DNA of 64,000 nucleotides from positions 394,556 through 458,555 of the forward strand of contig JAKMXF010000307.1 of assembly GCA_024704765.1 (NCBI GenBank), read 5' to 3'. This document shows positions 1 to 12,195 of this stretch, piece by piece; the stretch's first letter is position 1, and each line of letters begins with the position of its first letter. The notes under the pieces are model-generated. The model did not search any database. It had not been told where the DNA came from and saw only the letters and a program-made list of their open reading frames with translations. Origin of the DNA: Oopsacas minuta (taxonomy: Eukaryota; Animalia; Porifera). A program made the position numbers and the translations under genes.

Positions 1-717
1 AGGTTGGTTTTTGTGTCCGAGAGACACGAAATGAAGATGGAGGTAAAGACGCTTTATTGTAGCCAATATTCTGTCATTTTGCTTATTTACTTGCTGTTCA
101 ACTACAAAGGGCTTTTCATCAGAACAAAATTTGATTCTGCACCCCAGCAGTGAACCTCCCAAGCAGTGATTGACATCTATCTAGTCTTTTCTTTTATTTT
201 TGACTGACAACAATTGTTTCTTCTGAACTTATAAGAACTCATCGCTAGCTCGTTTCTCACCATTAATCTCATTGACTCACGCGCAACATTCATTTCTTTC
301 GCTAGTTTTCTCATGCTTCTCACAGGATTTCGTGATATCCGGCGTTTCACGTTCTTTCTCAAGGTTGAAGTCCTAACTGTGCGTTTGCGACCTTTTCTTG
401 AGCGATCTTGGATGATTCCAGTTTCAAGGAACCGAAATATAGTTCTAGATACAAACATCTTATTCGTCTTCAACGATTTTACAATTTCAGAATTTGAATG
501 TCCGTTCTTGTGGAGTTCTATAACCGCTGATCTCCTAGATAACATCGTAATTCGTACAAGTGATTTTGAAAAATACTATACAATAATAACCAAGTTCGAT
601 TGTAACTCACTAGTTGTATAGTAACGTTCGTTATAGAAGGTAAAATCTAGTGGTAGGATATGATCTGTTCCGCCATAGTGATTTATAAAGTGGTAACAGT
701 ATTTATTGGTCACCCTG
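1..717 (-). mobile_element. maT/DD37D-type Tc1/mariner element, 5' part (runs off window start), frameshifted transposase
   Basis: ORF 177-545 encodes a paired-like HTH (RRSAVIELHKNG...SRNPVRSMRKLAKEM). After a frameshift near 200 the frame continues FCSDEKPFVVEQQVNKQNDRI. Terminal sequence CAGGGTGACCAATAAAT (minus strand) ends at 717, flanked by TA (718-719). Confidence 0.85.
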
Positions 718-759
718 TATAATTTGAGTTATTAAAACAAGGTTTGTCTACTATCTCTG

Positions 760-1404
760 GAGTCTAGATACAAAAAACCCTTCATCTTAGAAATATTTAA
801 ACACCCATTTTCGAATTGGTTTTCAATCTCATCCTTACTCTTCTTAATTCTCCAGTTAGTGAATTCATTGATATCAACTTTCTCAGCTATTCTCCTTGTT
901 TCCAACCAGAACTTATTAGTTCAACAATCTCATCTTTGTTTGTAGATCTAAATTCTCTGGTATCCTATTAGTATTCATAAAAATACATATATAATATAGG
1001 CGAACAGTGAAAATAGATTCGAACATTTATTTGTACTTCATTTCAAGGGCTATTGTTATCTATTCATTGGAACTGAAATTGGTTTGCCATAATTTATATC
1101 TATTCACTTATAGTTATTGCATCATAATCCTATGTTATGTACTGATAAAGTAACAGAATATTCTTGTATCAAGTTTACTTGCTTATAGAGCAACAAGATA
1201 TAGCTGTAAATTTGAAATATGAATTTTTACTTGCTAATAAGCCAACATTAACATTTCAGTTATGTAATCTTACTTGCTATTAAAAGAACTTTTATTGACG
1301 AACTGAATTATATGTGAACCCTTCTACTCTACTTAGGGAGTTGGGAAATCCTTGATCTTAAGAAACTTGTTAATTGAGCAATTGCTATTAAGCGAACACT
1401 ACTG
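760..1404 (-). pseudogene. Degenerate pogo/Tigger-like 5' remnant (HTH-psq-like N-terminus)
   Basis: Broken minus-strand translation near 780-980 (LDLQTK...EIVELISSGWKQ...KKSKDEIENQF) resembles a Tigger HTH. TTACTTGC repeats and a TTAAGCGAACACTACTG end-like motif lie near 1387-1404. Confidence 0.3.
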
Positions 1405-2454
1405 TTCCACTATCTGACATCAGTCAAACCTTTGTCTGACCTCTAGCAAAATATTACCAAAGGAAGGCACTAAAATATTACAATATTTGTATGAGATAAT
1501 GTTTAGATATTATATATGACTTTCTCGAGTATACTTTAATTCTAGCGGTCACGTTATTTACGTCACATAATGTGAACATTATGTTTATCGTGCTATGGAG
1601 TAGATTTACGCAATGCTACTTAAGTAAGTATCTGTTGCACAGCCCTTGTATTTGTATATTATATCACATAAACGGCAGAATAGTATATAAAATCCGTCTA
1701 AAATATACATCTATAAAATTCTAAATTAGCAAAGTTTTGCCAAATATGAGAAGATGGGATGCAGGCCACATAACCGACAAATTGATTGATAGAATTGTCT
1801 CTGTTCATCTTGTTCCTAGAAATGAAAAGTTGGTAAAATGTGCTATACTTTTGATAAATTTGACAAAACAAGCAGACTTCGCTTCCGATGTTACTCCGCA
1901 ACTACAGTATTTGGTGAATCGGTTTTAGCATAGGTATTAAATAACCAAATTTCTTATAGTGCTTTTGCTCGCTACGCAAATTGATAAACACAGCATACAG
2001 TGTCTTGATTAAATATATCAAATATTATACTCCTTGTATCATAACAGCTAATACACTAAAACAATGGTACTTAATGATGGAGGGGTATGTGAAGTCAGTT
2101 CTATGAAATTCATTTAGATGTGATAGTATATGTCACCGTCCAAATTGAGTACTTAGCGCCGCCAAATGGAGTAAGGTTATTCTTATACAAAATATACGAT
2201 TAAATGTTATGGTTTACTAAAAAACAATACTTTATAATTTTAAAGATATGTTTTATGGTCTGCTAAAATAAAAGAATGTTGTATCTAGATTCATACTACG
2301 AATAATATCTTTCAATTGACTTGAAAAGGTATTTGTATGGTTTAAAACAATTAATATCTAAATATACACACAATATACTAAAAAATCATAACCAAGCAGG
2401 AGATAATGCAGTAAATGTACTTCTATAACCACAATAAATATTCAGTTAATTATT

Positions 2455-2552
2455 TGACTAGTTGATTATAATGGTAGTGGACTAGTTGAATTAAAGGAGA
2501 ATTGACCAGGTCATTAAAGGATAGTTAACTAGTTGATTATAAGGATAGTTGA
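2455..2552. repeat. Short degenerate tandem repeats of (GA)CTAGTTGA(TT)
   Basis: About four copies of ACTAGTTGA within 100 bp, probably subterminal repeats of the adjacent remnant. Confidence 0.6.
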
Positions 2553-2595
2553 CTAGTTGATTGGGGTGGTTTTGAAAAACCCTGTTTTAGCATCA

Positions 2596-2740
2596 CTATC
2601 TGTTCTTGCAAACGGTAGAGTGTCTGTGACACTTCGGGTTGCATTTAACTTGCTTCCGTTTGCACTGGCAAGTCTTGGCCCTGCAGCTGTCTTACATGGC
2701 ATGACAGGCACGATTTTACCCCTGCCTCTACAGTGTTCAA
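2596..2740 (-). pseudogene. C-terminal Cys cluster of a KRBA2/Ginger-like integrase transposase
   Basis: Minus frame reads SCRAKTCQCKRKQVKCNPKCHRHSTVCKNR*, matching the C-x-C...C-N-x-K-C-H...C-x-N tail of KRBA2/SCAND3-like proteins. It is truncated at about 2743, where a CAGGG-starting sequence begins. Confidence 0.5.
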
Positions 2741-2934
2741 TCCAGGGTATAACTTTTTAGGAGGGAAGTTGTCGATATGGCAACACTATAGATATCTGAC
2801 TATTCTTTCGTATTATTTGACCCATGCAGATATTTTGTGCAATTAAGATACTACATAAATAAAAAAATTACTTACAATAGGAATATTTTAGGAAAATCTG
2901 TTAAATTAACAATTCACCAGATTTAAGCTTGAAC

Positions 2935-4420
2935 GCCATAATACTATTCTACCGTTCTTTTCCCTTAACAAAAACAACAAATTCCTCCAACATATCATTC
3001 TCAAGGTGATCAGGGCCTTCAATGCATACCCGCATCGTATGTTAAGGCCTGTTCTCGCCCATCCTGCTCCGGAGTCTTGTTTATTTTAGTTTCATATTGC
3101 TAAATGTACGTTCAACAGTGGCTGTTGTGATTAGTAAACCTCTACTATTGCAGCTAAATTTAATAAGTTTGAAATTGAATCGAAATATCTTCCCTGCTGA
3201 TCAATTTCGATAATATATCCTACAAAGAGCCATTCTTGAATTGCTTTAAATTTTACCCCGAAACAATTTCCATTCTGCTTCAGTTTCCTCTCCATCAATC
3301 TATGATTGTGACATAGCATAATCATCACCAAAGTTGACATGCTGTATAACACTATAGTAATTTATTTGCATCTTCATCTTTTCCCTACCATTGTTAGGTG
3401 ATAGTTGAAGTTCGGTTTAGGGAGATAGCGAGGGTCCAAAACGGGTATAAAAGAGGCTAGATCAGTTCACTCCCTTCTTTTTCGGATGTGGTTAATTACA
3501 CTTTGTATATATGGCTGATACGCTGTCTGAAGAAATTGAATTTTTCCTCTTCCATGATCACAATGTGTTTTCCACCAAGCTGAGTATCATCCGCAAAAAC
3601 TAAAGAATCGTTCTTGAACCAGGTAACTATTTCATTAATCTCTGTTCGCCTTTCAGTGGTACTATCGACTATTAATTGCACCCTTCCAAGGTCATCCGCT
3701 TTCCCCTGTAAAATGCTAGTAACCTGGTAACTGTATCGAGTACATTTGATAACATATAGATACAAGCTTCAGTTTTGTATTTTAACAAGAGAGTCGCAAT
3801 TCTATGTGCTTGCATCACAAGTTTCATCATAAATCTCTTCAAATGTGCGTACCAATGCTGGGATACTCCGTCGCACAGCACACACGGCTCATTCACTTAC
3901 AAGCCATAGAGTATCACTAGGTTTTACCATTTTAATCTCAGGAGACTAGAGTTCTGCCTGGATCAGTGAGAGTTTTTCTGCTTTCTAGGGAGAATAATGG
4001 AGATTGTTAACATTGTACCTAACTCCCATTATTTGTACATGTTCTGCACAAGCATTGACGGCAGCAAGTTGAAGTTAATGGGACCTGCAATGGATATAAA
4101 TTACACCTCTTGCAAGTAATCTCAGACGCCTTTGAACATCACTTATATGGTCAAACATTGTATTAGTTCAATTATTCTCAAGGACGGCTTTCCCAGGGAC
4201 ATCGTCAGGGTGGAGAAGCTTGTCAGTGCCGCAGGATGTTAGATTAGAGTAGGTGAATGCTGTGCTGATTGTCCCATGTGCAGTCCCGAATTTGGAAAGC
4301 CCCTCCATCCGAGTACATATCCGCAACGGTACCAATGAGACTGTTGGGACAAATGCTTGCCCTATCAGGGTAAGGAATGGGATCCTCTTAATATCCCCTT
4401 TTAAATAGTCTTGCATCGTT
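2935..4420 (-). pseudogene. Degenerate hAT transposase (ZNF862-like)
   Basis: One minus frame with in-frame stops reads IYIHCRSH*LQLAAVNA, HYSP*KAEKLSLIQAEL, KPSDTLWL, ALVRTFEEIYDET. The C-terminal dimerisation motif TTATVERTFSNMKL..TRLRSRMG...MRVCIEGP lies at about 2990-3130. Termini not resolved. Confidence 0.8.
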
Positions 4421-5635
4421 TCATACTTGACTGTATCATGTCAGCTCTTTGCTTTCTGAGGGCTCCCCAGCTACTTTGACGGAGCTTCTTAGTATTTCGC
4501 GCTTTCCTGCAGTGCTCATCGCGAGCACAGAAGTACTGTACTGGAATCTTACCGTACGCGTCTAGTCGGTCCAGGCAGTCAGCATGAAATGGATCACGTT
4601 TACAATACTCACAGTACCAGTTGCCATCATCTTTTACACAGGCCTGACCGAGAGGATGGGAAGTGAAGTAAGTGTCAGATACGAGGGAATAGGAGATGCA
4701 GGTGGTTGATCAGAGGGTATAGGCTTGGACTGGCCGGAGGTAATGTAAATATAAGGTGCAACTCGTGATCCGATCAGCGGGGGTACAGTAAGGTTGTAGG
4801 TATCTTCATCAAGATAGTCGGCAAACACATATCCTGCCTTTGTTGGCTTGTCAAATGCCGAAGCATGCGATAGTTGTGGCTCATGGAATACTCGTACATC
4901 CTGTCACATATCACATGACTGAACTCGTGATGTGCAACCACTAACGTATCGGACAGGTCTTTCTTGACCATACGCGTAACTTGCTCCGTGTAGTCCCCGG
5001 ATTTCACCTATTTTCATGTCCAGGACATTTATATCCTCAAACTACTCCACAGAATAGCGCAACTTGGTCCTGCCCCAATTGGGATCGTTGGTGTTGCAAC
5101 CATCCTTTCTGTAGCTCTCTATAATCCCATCTCTTTCCTCTCTCCACCAAATGTTAATTGATTGAGCTACTAAAGCTCTGCCTCTAGAATTTCTTTATTA
5201 TTTGATAAAAGGAAAAAGTAGATTGATTTGGTCCAGATGAAACAAATGCAAACACAACAACATATAGTAACTAGTCAGAAATAGCGCAGTAACTGTCGCG
5301 TGATAGCACAAGGGTTATTATAGGCCTAACACCCAGTAGGACTAGGTAACTTCGTTATGTATGTTGAATAGTAATTCTACAAATATAATTCCATTTCAGT
5401 TAACCCATAATATCATAAGCAGAAAATTATATAAGAATAACCTTCCTCAATTGGTCGTATACTCAAATTAGACGGTGACATATATATTGTACATTTTTGC
5501 GCAAATAGATGTATTATTGATAGTTTCGAAAGTTTATTACTCATATCTACCAACCACTCTAAGGGCCGAAATGAAATCATCTGATTGCTTACATGCAAAT
5601 ATGTCTAAAAATATAATAATATTAACACACTATAT

Positions 5636-6900
5636 CAGTGGTTCCCAAACTTATATACTTAGCAACCCACCTTTAGTTCATCAAAAACCTCGCGACCCCC
5701 CAAAGTTAACTAGGATTATATAATAATTCATGATCAATTCAGTAGTATTATGATATGATGTCACTAATAAATGTTTTCCAATGTGAAGTTGTTTCTGCTT
5801 AACTAACTCTTGTATTTCAGGCTCTGTGGTGGAGAGTGCGCAACGTAGATCATCTTCGCCTTTTAATCTATTCCTAGCGCTACTTTTTAGCTGTAGAAGA
5901 GTGGAAAAATTTGATTCACAGAGGTAAGTTGTCTCAAATGGCAGAAGTTTTCACAGCACAATTTTTGTCAATGTGGGACATGAATCTCTCATTAAGCTCT
6001 AAAATGTATTCAATTACTCCCTTTCAAAAACTTCCTTTGCAGATCCATCATTGATAAGTTCTATTAATTCTTCGTGAGCCCGATCATTCTTATCAGGTAT
6101 TGTTTGAGGAGATACAATGAATGGATTTCTGAGTAAAGTAAATTCGATCTCACCACATTTAGGAAAATAATGGGAAGATTCAGATTCCATAGCTGCAAGG
6201 TGTTCAATGATAATATCTTGGGTGTCCTCGTCTAGCCTGATATCTTTCTTCTCGTAAAGTTCAGATAACCCTTCGAACATACAAATGTTTTCATTTTCCA
6301 AAATTTTTCTTTTCCAATTCTTAAGTTTCATTAGGAAAACATTTAGTTTTTCATTCAAATAAAAAATGGGTTAATTTTTGCCTTGAAGATAGTGATTTAA
6401 ACTGTTGATGCGATCAAAATATCGACAAGGTAAGCAAGATGCACTTCGCTCCTCTCATCTGAGATTATTGACAGAAATTCATATTTTGCATTTTGGTCAA
6501 GGAATACCTATATCTCCGGAGCAATATTTGAACTCGTTCAAGAACATTTCCCTTTGAAAGCCAACGTACTTGAGTGTAAAAGAGTAGAGTTTGGTGACTA
6601 GCGGTCATGTCCTCGCATAGTTCTCTGAAAAGCCACGTGTTAAGTGCACTGGGTTTGATAAAGTTAACTATCTTTATTATTGTATATATCATTTCTAAGA
6701 GCTGTGGTGGTATAGTTTTACAACCTAGCGCTTGTCTATGGATCACGCAGTGTACTCCTGTAACTTCTGGAGATTTATCTTTGACAAGCTATTGAAATCC
6801 TGAACGCGAACTAAGCATAGCTGGTGCTCCATCACAACAAACGCACAAAAATCTTTCCACTTGAGTTTATTATCTTGGAGAAAATTGTCAATCAATTCAA
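5636..6900 (-). mobile_element. hAT Buster/Charlie-type element, 3' portion, ZBED5/8-like transposase pseudogene
   Basis: End CAGTGGTTCCCAAAC at 5636, preceded by cacTAtat (Buster-type nnnTAnnn target). ORFs 6465-6746 (HRQAL..., LLFYTQVRWLSKGNVLER) and 6014-6358 (NEKLNVFLMKLKNW, LLRNPF). DGAPAM near 6830. Other end not found. Confidence 0.85.
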
Positions 6901-8692
6901 TTCGCCACATAAATGTGAAACTTAATGATAGCAGTTGTGATAATATTCCCTGTTATAGTAAGTATCTTGTGATCCGAATTAGCCACAATACACCTCTTAT
7001 AAGATTCAGACCATAATATCTGATAATATTGGATATTGGAGAATTCCAATATATTCATCGAGTATCACAGAATTGATAAGATATGGATATTTCAATATCC
7101 TTGGTAGGATAATTGTCATTTTATATTATATAGTTAAAAATGGGCCAGAATATCAATTTTCACACAGTTTAGGTAATTATCAAGAATCAGGTGTCAAGAT
7201 TCTTTGACCAAAAAGCATTGTAGTAGACAATTCATCTCTTGGGTTAAAGAAGGTAGGAATAAAATTCTTGTATGATAATCGAATTTCAGCACCAAAGAAT
7301 TTCACAGTTTCAGTTTCGCATCTTGATTTATGGTCTCGATATTAATGTGGTCCAATGAAAGTATACCTAGAAGTGTGCGGCCTGATGGTAACGAATGTTT
7401 GTGGAACACTATGTTGTAATATGTTCTAAACCCCACATATCCATATATATGTCGTTAATTTACTGTTCCAAATTCTGAAACTTAGTGAATTCTCATTTCA
7501 AGTCCTTCAAAAGGATTCTTATTCAATGGCCAAATATACATAAACTGAAAATTGGCCCCCATCTCATCTCAAATGTATATATAGGCATTCCATAGGATGA
7601 CATCCTATCTACTATCTTTTAGCTAGAGGTGTAACCGAAGTGGTCACAAATAGCTCTGATGCATATCTTTGTGATTAATGTGTTTTAGAGATCTTATTTG
7701 TAGCATCTTATCTGGTACTAATGTTCCGTAGTCATAAATATCCCAAGCAATCTTCCAGAAACAGTGTTAAATCATGGAACCACTACTGATGTATTTTGGA
7801 TGGCCCATGGAGAAAATATACAAGTATAACATTCTATACACTAAAGCAATGGTACTGATTGATGGACTTGGAGCAGGGATATGCCATGTGATGTCTAGAT
7901 AATTACTTTGGTGAAAAAATATTTCAATTGTACTACTTGGCGGAAATAAATGTATTATTGATATTTACGAATGTAGATTACGTATATTCACAAACTATTA
8001 TCAGGGTCAAAATTACGCCATCTGATTGCTTACTTAGCAAATATGTCAAAAGTTGAAACTATATAATGTATTAATAGATTTCTAGAGATTTATAAATTGA
8101 TTCACAGTTATAAAATTTGGCATTAGGAAATAACTAGGTTGTTATACTTAATATATATAATTGTTATAAAATACTTCGCTCCAGAGTTATTGCAGTGACC
8201 AACTGACAGTGGATGACACTTCTTAGCCAATACACACCGAAAACTCGACAAAATATACTTTTATAGCCTCAACATCTGCAGAACTATATGTCCGACTTCC
8301 CATACCTAGAAATAGGATATTAGTACTGTGATCTCTTTTCTGAGGATCGAAACATGATCGCCGATCCTTTTATACACAGTAATCGAATGGAAGGCTCCGT
8401 CACTTTTGTCTGTTTCATCGTTTGGGGAAACATAGTAGGTAATTAGCGTCTAAAGACCTCAAAGTGTGGATAAAATGTACGTGCAAATTTGGTAGCAATC
8501 AGACTGCAAATTTCTCATCCTCCTATAGGTGCTATAAAATGTCAGAATACATCGTAAAAGTGATCGTATTCCTTTTGGTGCAAGGATCGCGATCACCATC
8601 TCTGATCATATTTTCAAGAACGATCGTGATCGTGATAATTAATCTGGTGATCGACTAAGCCCACCTGTAAATATATTTTGTTATCCTATATA

Positions 8693-10001
8693 CAGGATGA
8701 CCCATAAATACTGTACCAATTGTTGTATGTATAAAATATATAATATTGAAGCTGTTGATATGAAATTTCTACCAATTGTCAGAATCTCTACATAAAAAAA
8801 CATATTTCGAGTATCATTCGAATATACTCCCTCGACATTTAATACACCTAACAATACGAGTAGGGAAGGAGTCCACGCTAGAACAAATGTCACAGTCTGG
8901 AATATTCTTCCATTCTCGAGACAAGGTTTTCTTTAGCTCGTCAATACTATAGTGTTTTTTAGAGTTGACCTTGCTCTCTAAAATGGATCATACTGAATAA
9001 TCGAGAGGGTTACTGTCAGGGGAGTAAGGAAGCCACTCATCGGCAGAAATTAGCCTTGGGAGATTCTCTTTGCACCACTGTTGTGTCGCTTTCGCTTTAT
9101 GGGCAGGTGCTGAGTCTTGTTGGAATACCCATTTTCTATTTTGATAATGTTTTTTGGGTCAAGGTTTGACAACCTTCTTCAGTATCAAATCACGGTATAC
9201 TGTTTGATTGATTTTTAGACGCTGGGGGAACGAAGATAAGGGGTGTGCGACCATCAAATGTGATGCCTCCACACACCATTACTGAAGCTGGATTTTTGGC
9301 TCTAGACACCTGGAAAGTGAATTTAGGGAGATTATTTTCGCAGTAGCAAGGATTCTATCGTTTTGAGAGTTTAACACTTGTTCTACAGTGAACAATTTCT
9401 CATCTGAGAAGAGGAAATCTCTATGGGCGTGGTTGTTGTAACGCGAAACCATTCTTTACATCTTTGTAGCCGCATATTCTTATTTTGCTCTTTAAGAAGC
9501 TGGTACTTATTCAATGTATAGGCTTTCATCTGTAGGTCACTTCATACAATTCTTCTCATTGATTCCCTACTAATTTGTATCTCCTTGGCCATTTTTCTGA
9601 TGCTTCCTGAAGGATTTCAACGGAACCTCTGGGATGCACGACTTATCTTAGAAAAGGTCCTTACAGTTCGCGGACGACCAGGTCTACGTCTGTCAGTCAT
9701 CCTCCCGGTATCATTGTATCAAAACAAAGACCGGTTTATGAACATCTAATTCGTTTTTAGTAGTTTAGCGATTTAACCTTGGAATTTCCCGCCTCATAAA
9801 GCTGTAAATCAACTGCTCGCCGAAGTTCCATTGCTAATCAGTAAAAAAATCGATTGATTAGTGTCCAGATGCTATAATGAATAAATATTTTAGAGTATAA
9901 GATCTAGAATGAATTATGGCATAATATTATACAGAATTCCTAAATGTAATATAGAGTATAGTTAGATAGTATATCAGTAACAATATTTATGGGTCACCCT
10001 G
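8693..10001 (-). mobile_element. Full-length non-autonomous maT/DD37D element (copy A)
   Basis: Imperfect TIRs CAGGATGACCCATAAATA (8693) and CAGGGTGACCCATAAATA (rc, ends 10001), TA on both sides. The transposase carries multiple stops and frameshifts. Near-identical inverted copy at 36563-37854. Confidence 0.92.
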
Positions 10002-10423
10002 TAAAAACGAAATTGTGTACGCAGCCATAAATAATACCATATACGATCATTTTCAAGATGTGTCATATTCGTGACTGATAGAGTATCAAAGTATAATCAG
10101 AGTATTGGAAGCTAGGTGTATAACAATGTTCGGCAAACATAAAGGATTGAGGGCCGCATTAACCATTTTAAAATTTTAACCGGACCCAAGATTTCAAAAT
10201 TATGTCCAATCCTTAGTATGCAGATATTAATGCGAAATACAATATTTTGAATCCTATTTTACCCATATTTAATAACAATAATAAATTTAGTTGTTGACCT
10301 TTGGATATGTACTGTCAAGAAACAAATTCAACAAACCTGAAATATTTGTAAGATATTTGCTCTCAAAGTGTATACTTTTGTAACTAAATACGCTGAATCA
10401 GAATTTTAAGTTTCTCATATGTA

Positions 10424-11734
10424 CAGGGTGCGGCAAAAGTTCTGTCCCATTGTTTGACAATCAATTATACATAGCTATAGTGGAATAATTGAAACCTTAT
10501 AGGCCCATAATCTACATTGATGTATGTTTACTGAAGTACTAAAGCATTCTCTCTATTACTGACAAATATTTTTAATTAGAGACATGGAAGCCAAAAGGTC
10601 ACAAATTTTAGAAATATTTCGTGCAGAGAAGTCCCCAGGCGAGATTTTGAAAATTCTTCAGAGCAAGAACGTGGGTAGAAAGTTGATATATCGTACTATC
10701 CAGAGATACAAGGAGACTGGAAGCTTGAAAGACAGAGCTCGGAGTGGCCGTCCGCGTAATGTAAGGACACGAGAACTAAAGGCGAAGTTAAAGAAAAGAA
10801 TCGTCCGAAATCCCCAGCGTTCCATGCGGAAAATGTCTCGTGACTTTGGAATAAGCTCTAGATCCATTGGACGCGTAGTGCACGATGACCTAGGGTTAAA
10901 GTCTCTCAAGCGCAGGAAAGTTCACATGCTTACAAAGGCCATTAGAGAAAAGCGGCTGCAAAGAAGTCGATGTCTGTTATCGCGTGCCGGCCAATCAGTC
11001 GTGAACAAAATAGTGTTCTCCGATGAGAAATTGTTCACGATTCAAGAGGTTTCCAACCCTCAGAATGATCGTATCATCTCAAACAGCGTCCAAGACATCC
11101 CAGAACAACTTCGATTCACACCGAGAAGGCAAAAGCCAGCTTCGGTCATGGTATGGGGGGGAATCTTCGCAGACTCCCGGACTAATCTTATTTTTGTTCC
11201 GTCTGGTGTGAAAATCAATTCGAAAACCTATCGTGAACTCATTCTGGATGCTGAAGTGAAGGGTTTCGGTTGTAAGAACTTTGGAAATACGAGTTGGACC
11301 TTCCAGCAGGATGGAGCTCCAGCTCATACAGCTAACGCTACCCAACAGTGGTTCCGAGATCAAAAAATAGACTTCATTTCTAAAGAGGAATGGCCACCCT
11401 CCAGTCCGGACTTGAATCCTATGGACTATTCTGTTTGGTCCATCTTGAAGCAGAAGGTATGCGCAAGTTCTCACGCAAATATTAGCTCTCTCAAGGCTTG
11501 CTTGCAGCGAGAATGGCTGAAAATACCTCAGGATCACTTCCGGCGCGCCGTATACCAATTTAGGACTAGACTCCAAGCTGTGGTAAGTAAGAAAGGTGGC
11601 TATATTGAACAATAATATCTTATTTTAAATTCAACATAAGTAATAAATGACCCATCCAAGAATTAGCTAGATCTGTTAATGGGTTTATGAGAAATTTCAA
11701 ATTAGGTTTGGGACAGAACTTTTGCCGCATCCTG
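10424..11734 (+). mobile_element. Apparently intact maT (DD37D) transposon, 1311 bp
   Basis: 26-bp TIRs CAGGGTGCGGCAAAAGTTCTGTCCCA with 1 mismatch, TA TSD at 10422-23 and 11735-36, and an uninterrupted transposase ORF. Confidence 0.96.
10584..11615 (+). CDS. Tc1/mariner transposase, maT/DD37D family, 343 aa
   Basis: Two HTH motifs, GRPR AT-hook, FSDEK, FQQDGAPAH, and SPDLNPMD with 37 residues between the 2nd and 3rd Asp (counted). Confidence 0.95.
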   Translation: MEAKRSQILEIFRAEKSPGEILKILQSKNVGRKLIYRTIQRYKETGSLKDRARSGRPRNVRTRELKAKLKKRIVRNPQRSMRKMSRDFGISSRSIGRVVHDDLGLKSLKRRKVHMLTKAIREKRLQRSRCLLSRAGQSVVNKIVFSDEKLFTIQEVSNPQNDRIISNSVQDIPEQLRFTPRRQKPASVMVWGGIFADSRTNLIFVPSGVKINSKTYRELILDAEVKGFGCKNFGNTSWTFQQDGAPAHTANATQQWFRDQKIDFISKEEWPPSSPDLNPMDYSVWSILKQKVCASSHANISSLKACLQREWLKIPQDHFRRAVYQFRTRLQAVVSKKGGYIEQ

Positions 11735-11830
11735 TAACTTTATTGTGGTTGTTCAGGCCCAAGTAGGTCTTAGTGCAAAGTCAAAATTCGAAATTTCAGC
11801 AAAAGTTGGGATATTTTTCTATAAACATAT

Positions 11831-12195
11831 TTCCTACTTGGCGCAGCGCAGAGTAGGAATTTCTGCATTGTGAAATTTTGACGGGTATAATTCCCAACAT
11901 AACTCAAAAAAGATTTTTATCGAATTACTCTTTAATGATATGTCGGATACTATTCCAAGGGAAATGTCATCACTAGAATCCAAATATTGAAATAAGTGTA
12001 CAAATACAGCCGTAAGCGCATGTTAATCAACTAGTGGATAGGATTCCTTCTACTCATGCCAATATCGGTTCAAAACACCAACCAACAAGCAGCGAGAAGC
12101 CGAGCATCGAATGCCTAACGGCATCCCTGACTATAATTCAAGGGAAGACATATCTCTATAGAAAAGTATTCCAAAATGGTTGCGCCAAGTAGGAA
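11831..12195. repeat. 15-bp perfect inverted repeat TTCCTACTTGGCGCA / TGCGCCAAGTAGGAA, MITE-like
   Basis: Arms at 11831-11845 and 12181-12195. The related core CTACTTGGCG is also present near 7935. Confidence 0.6.

Noticed and set aside
1-10001. Single-strand orientation bias suggesting a flamenco-like cluster
   Set aside because: The first six elements are all minus, but across the window orientations are mixed (roughly 17 minus to 13 plus), so there is no convincing overall bias.
10658-11612. Antisense and overlapping ORFs on transposases (e.g. 11079-11612 minus, 32917-33609 plus, 45160-45426 plus)
   Set aside because: These are shadow frames of real transposase coding sequence with no independent motifs.
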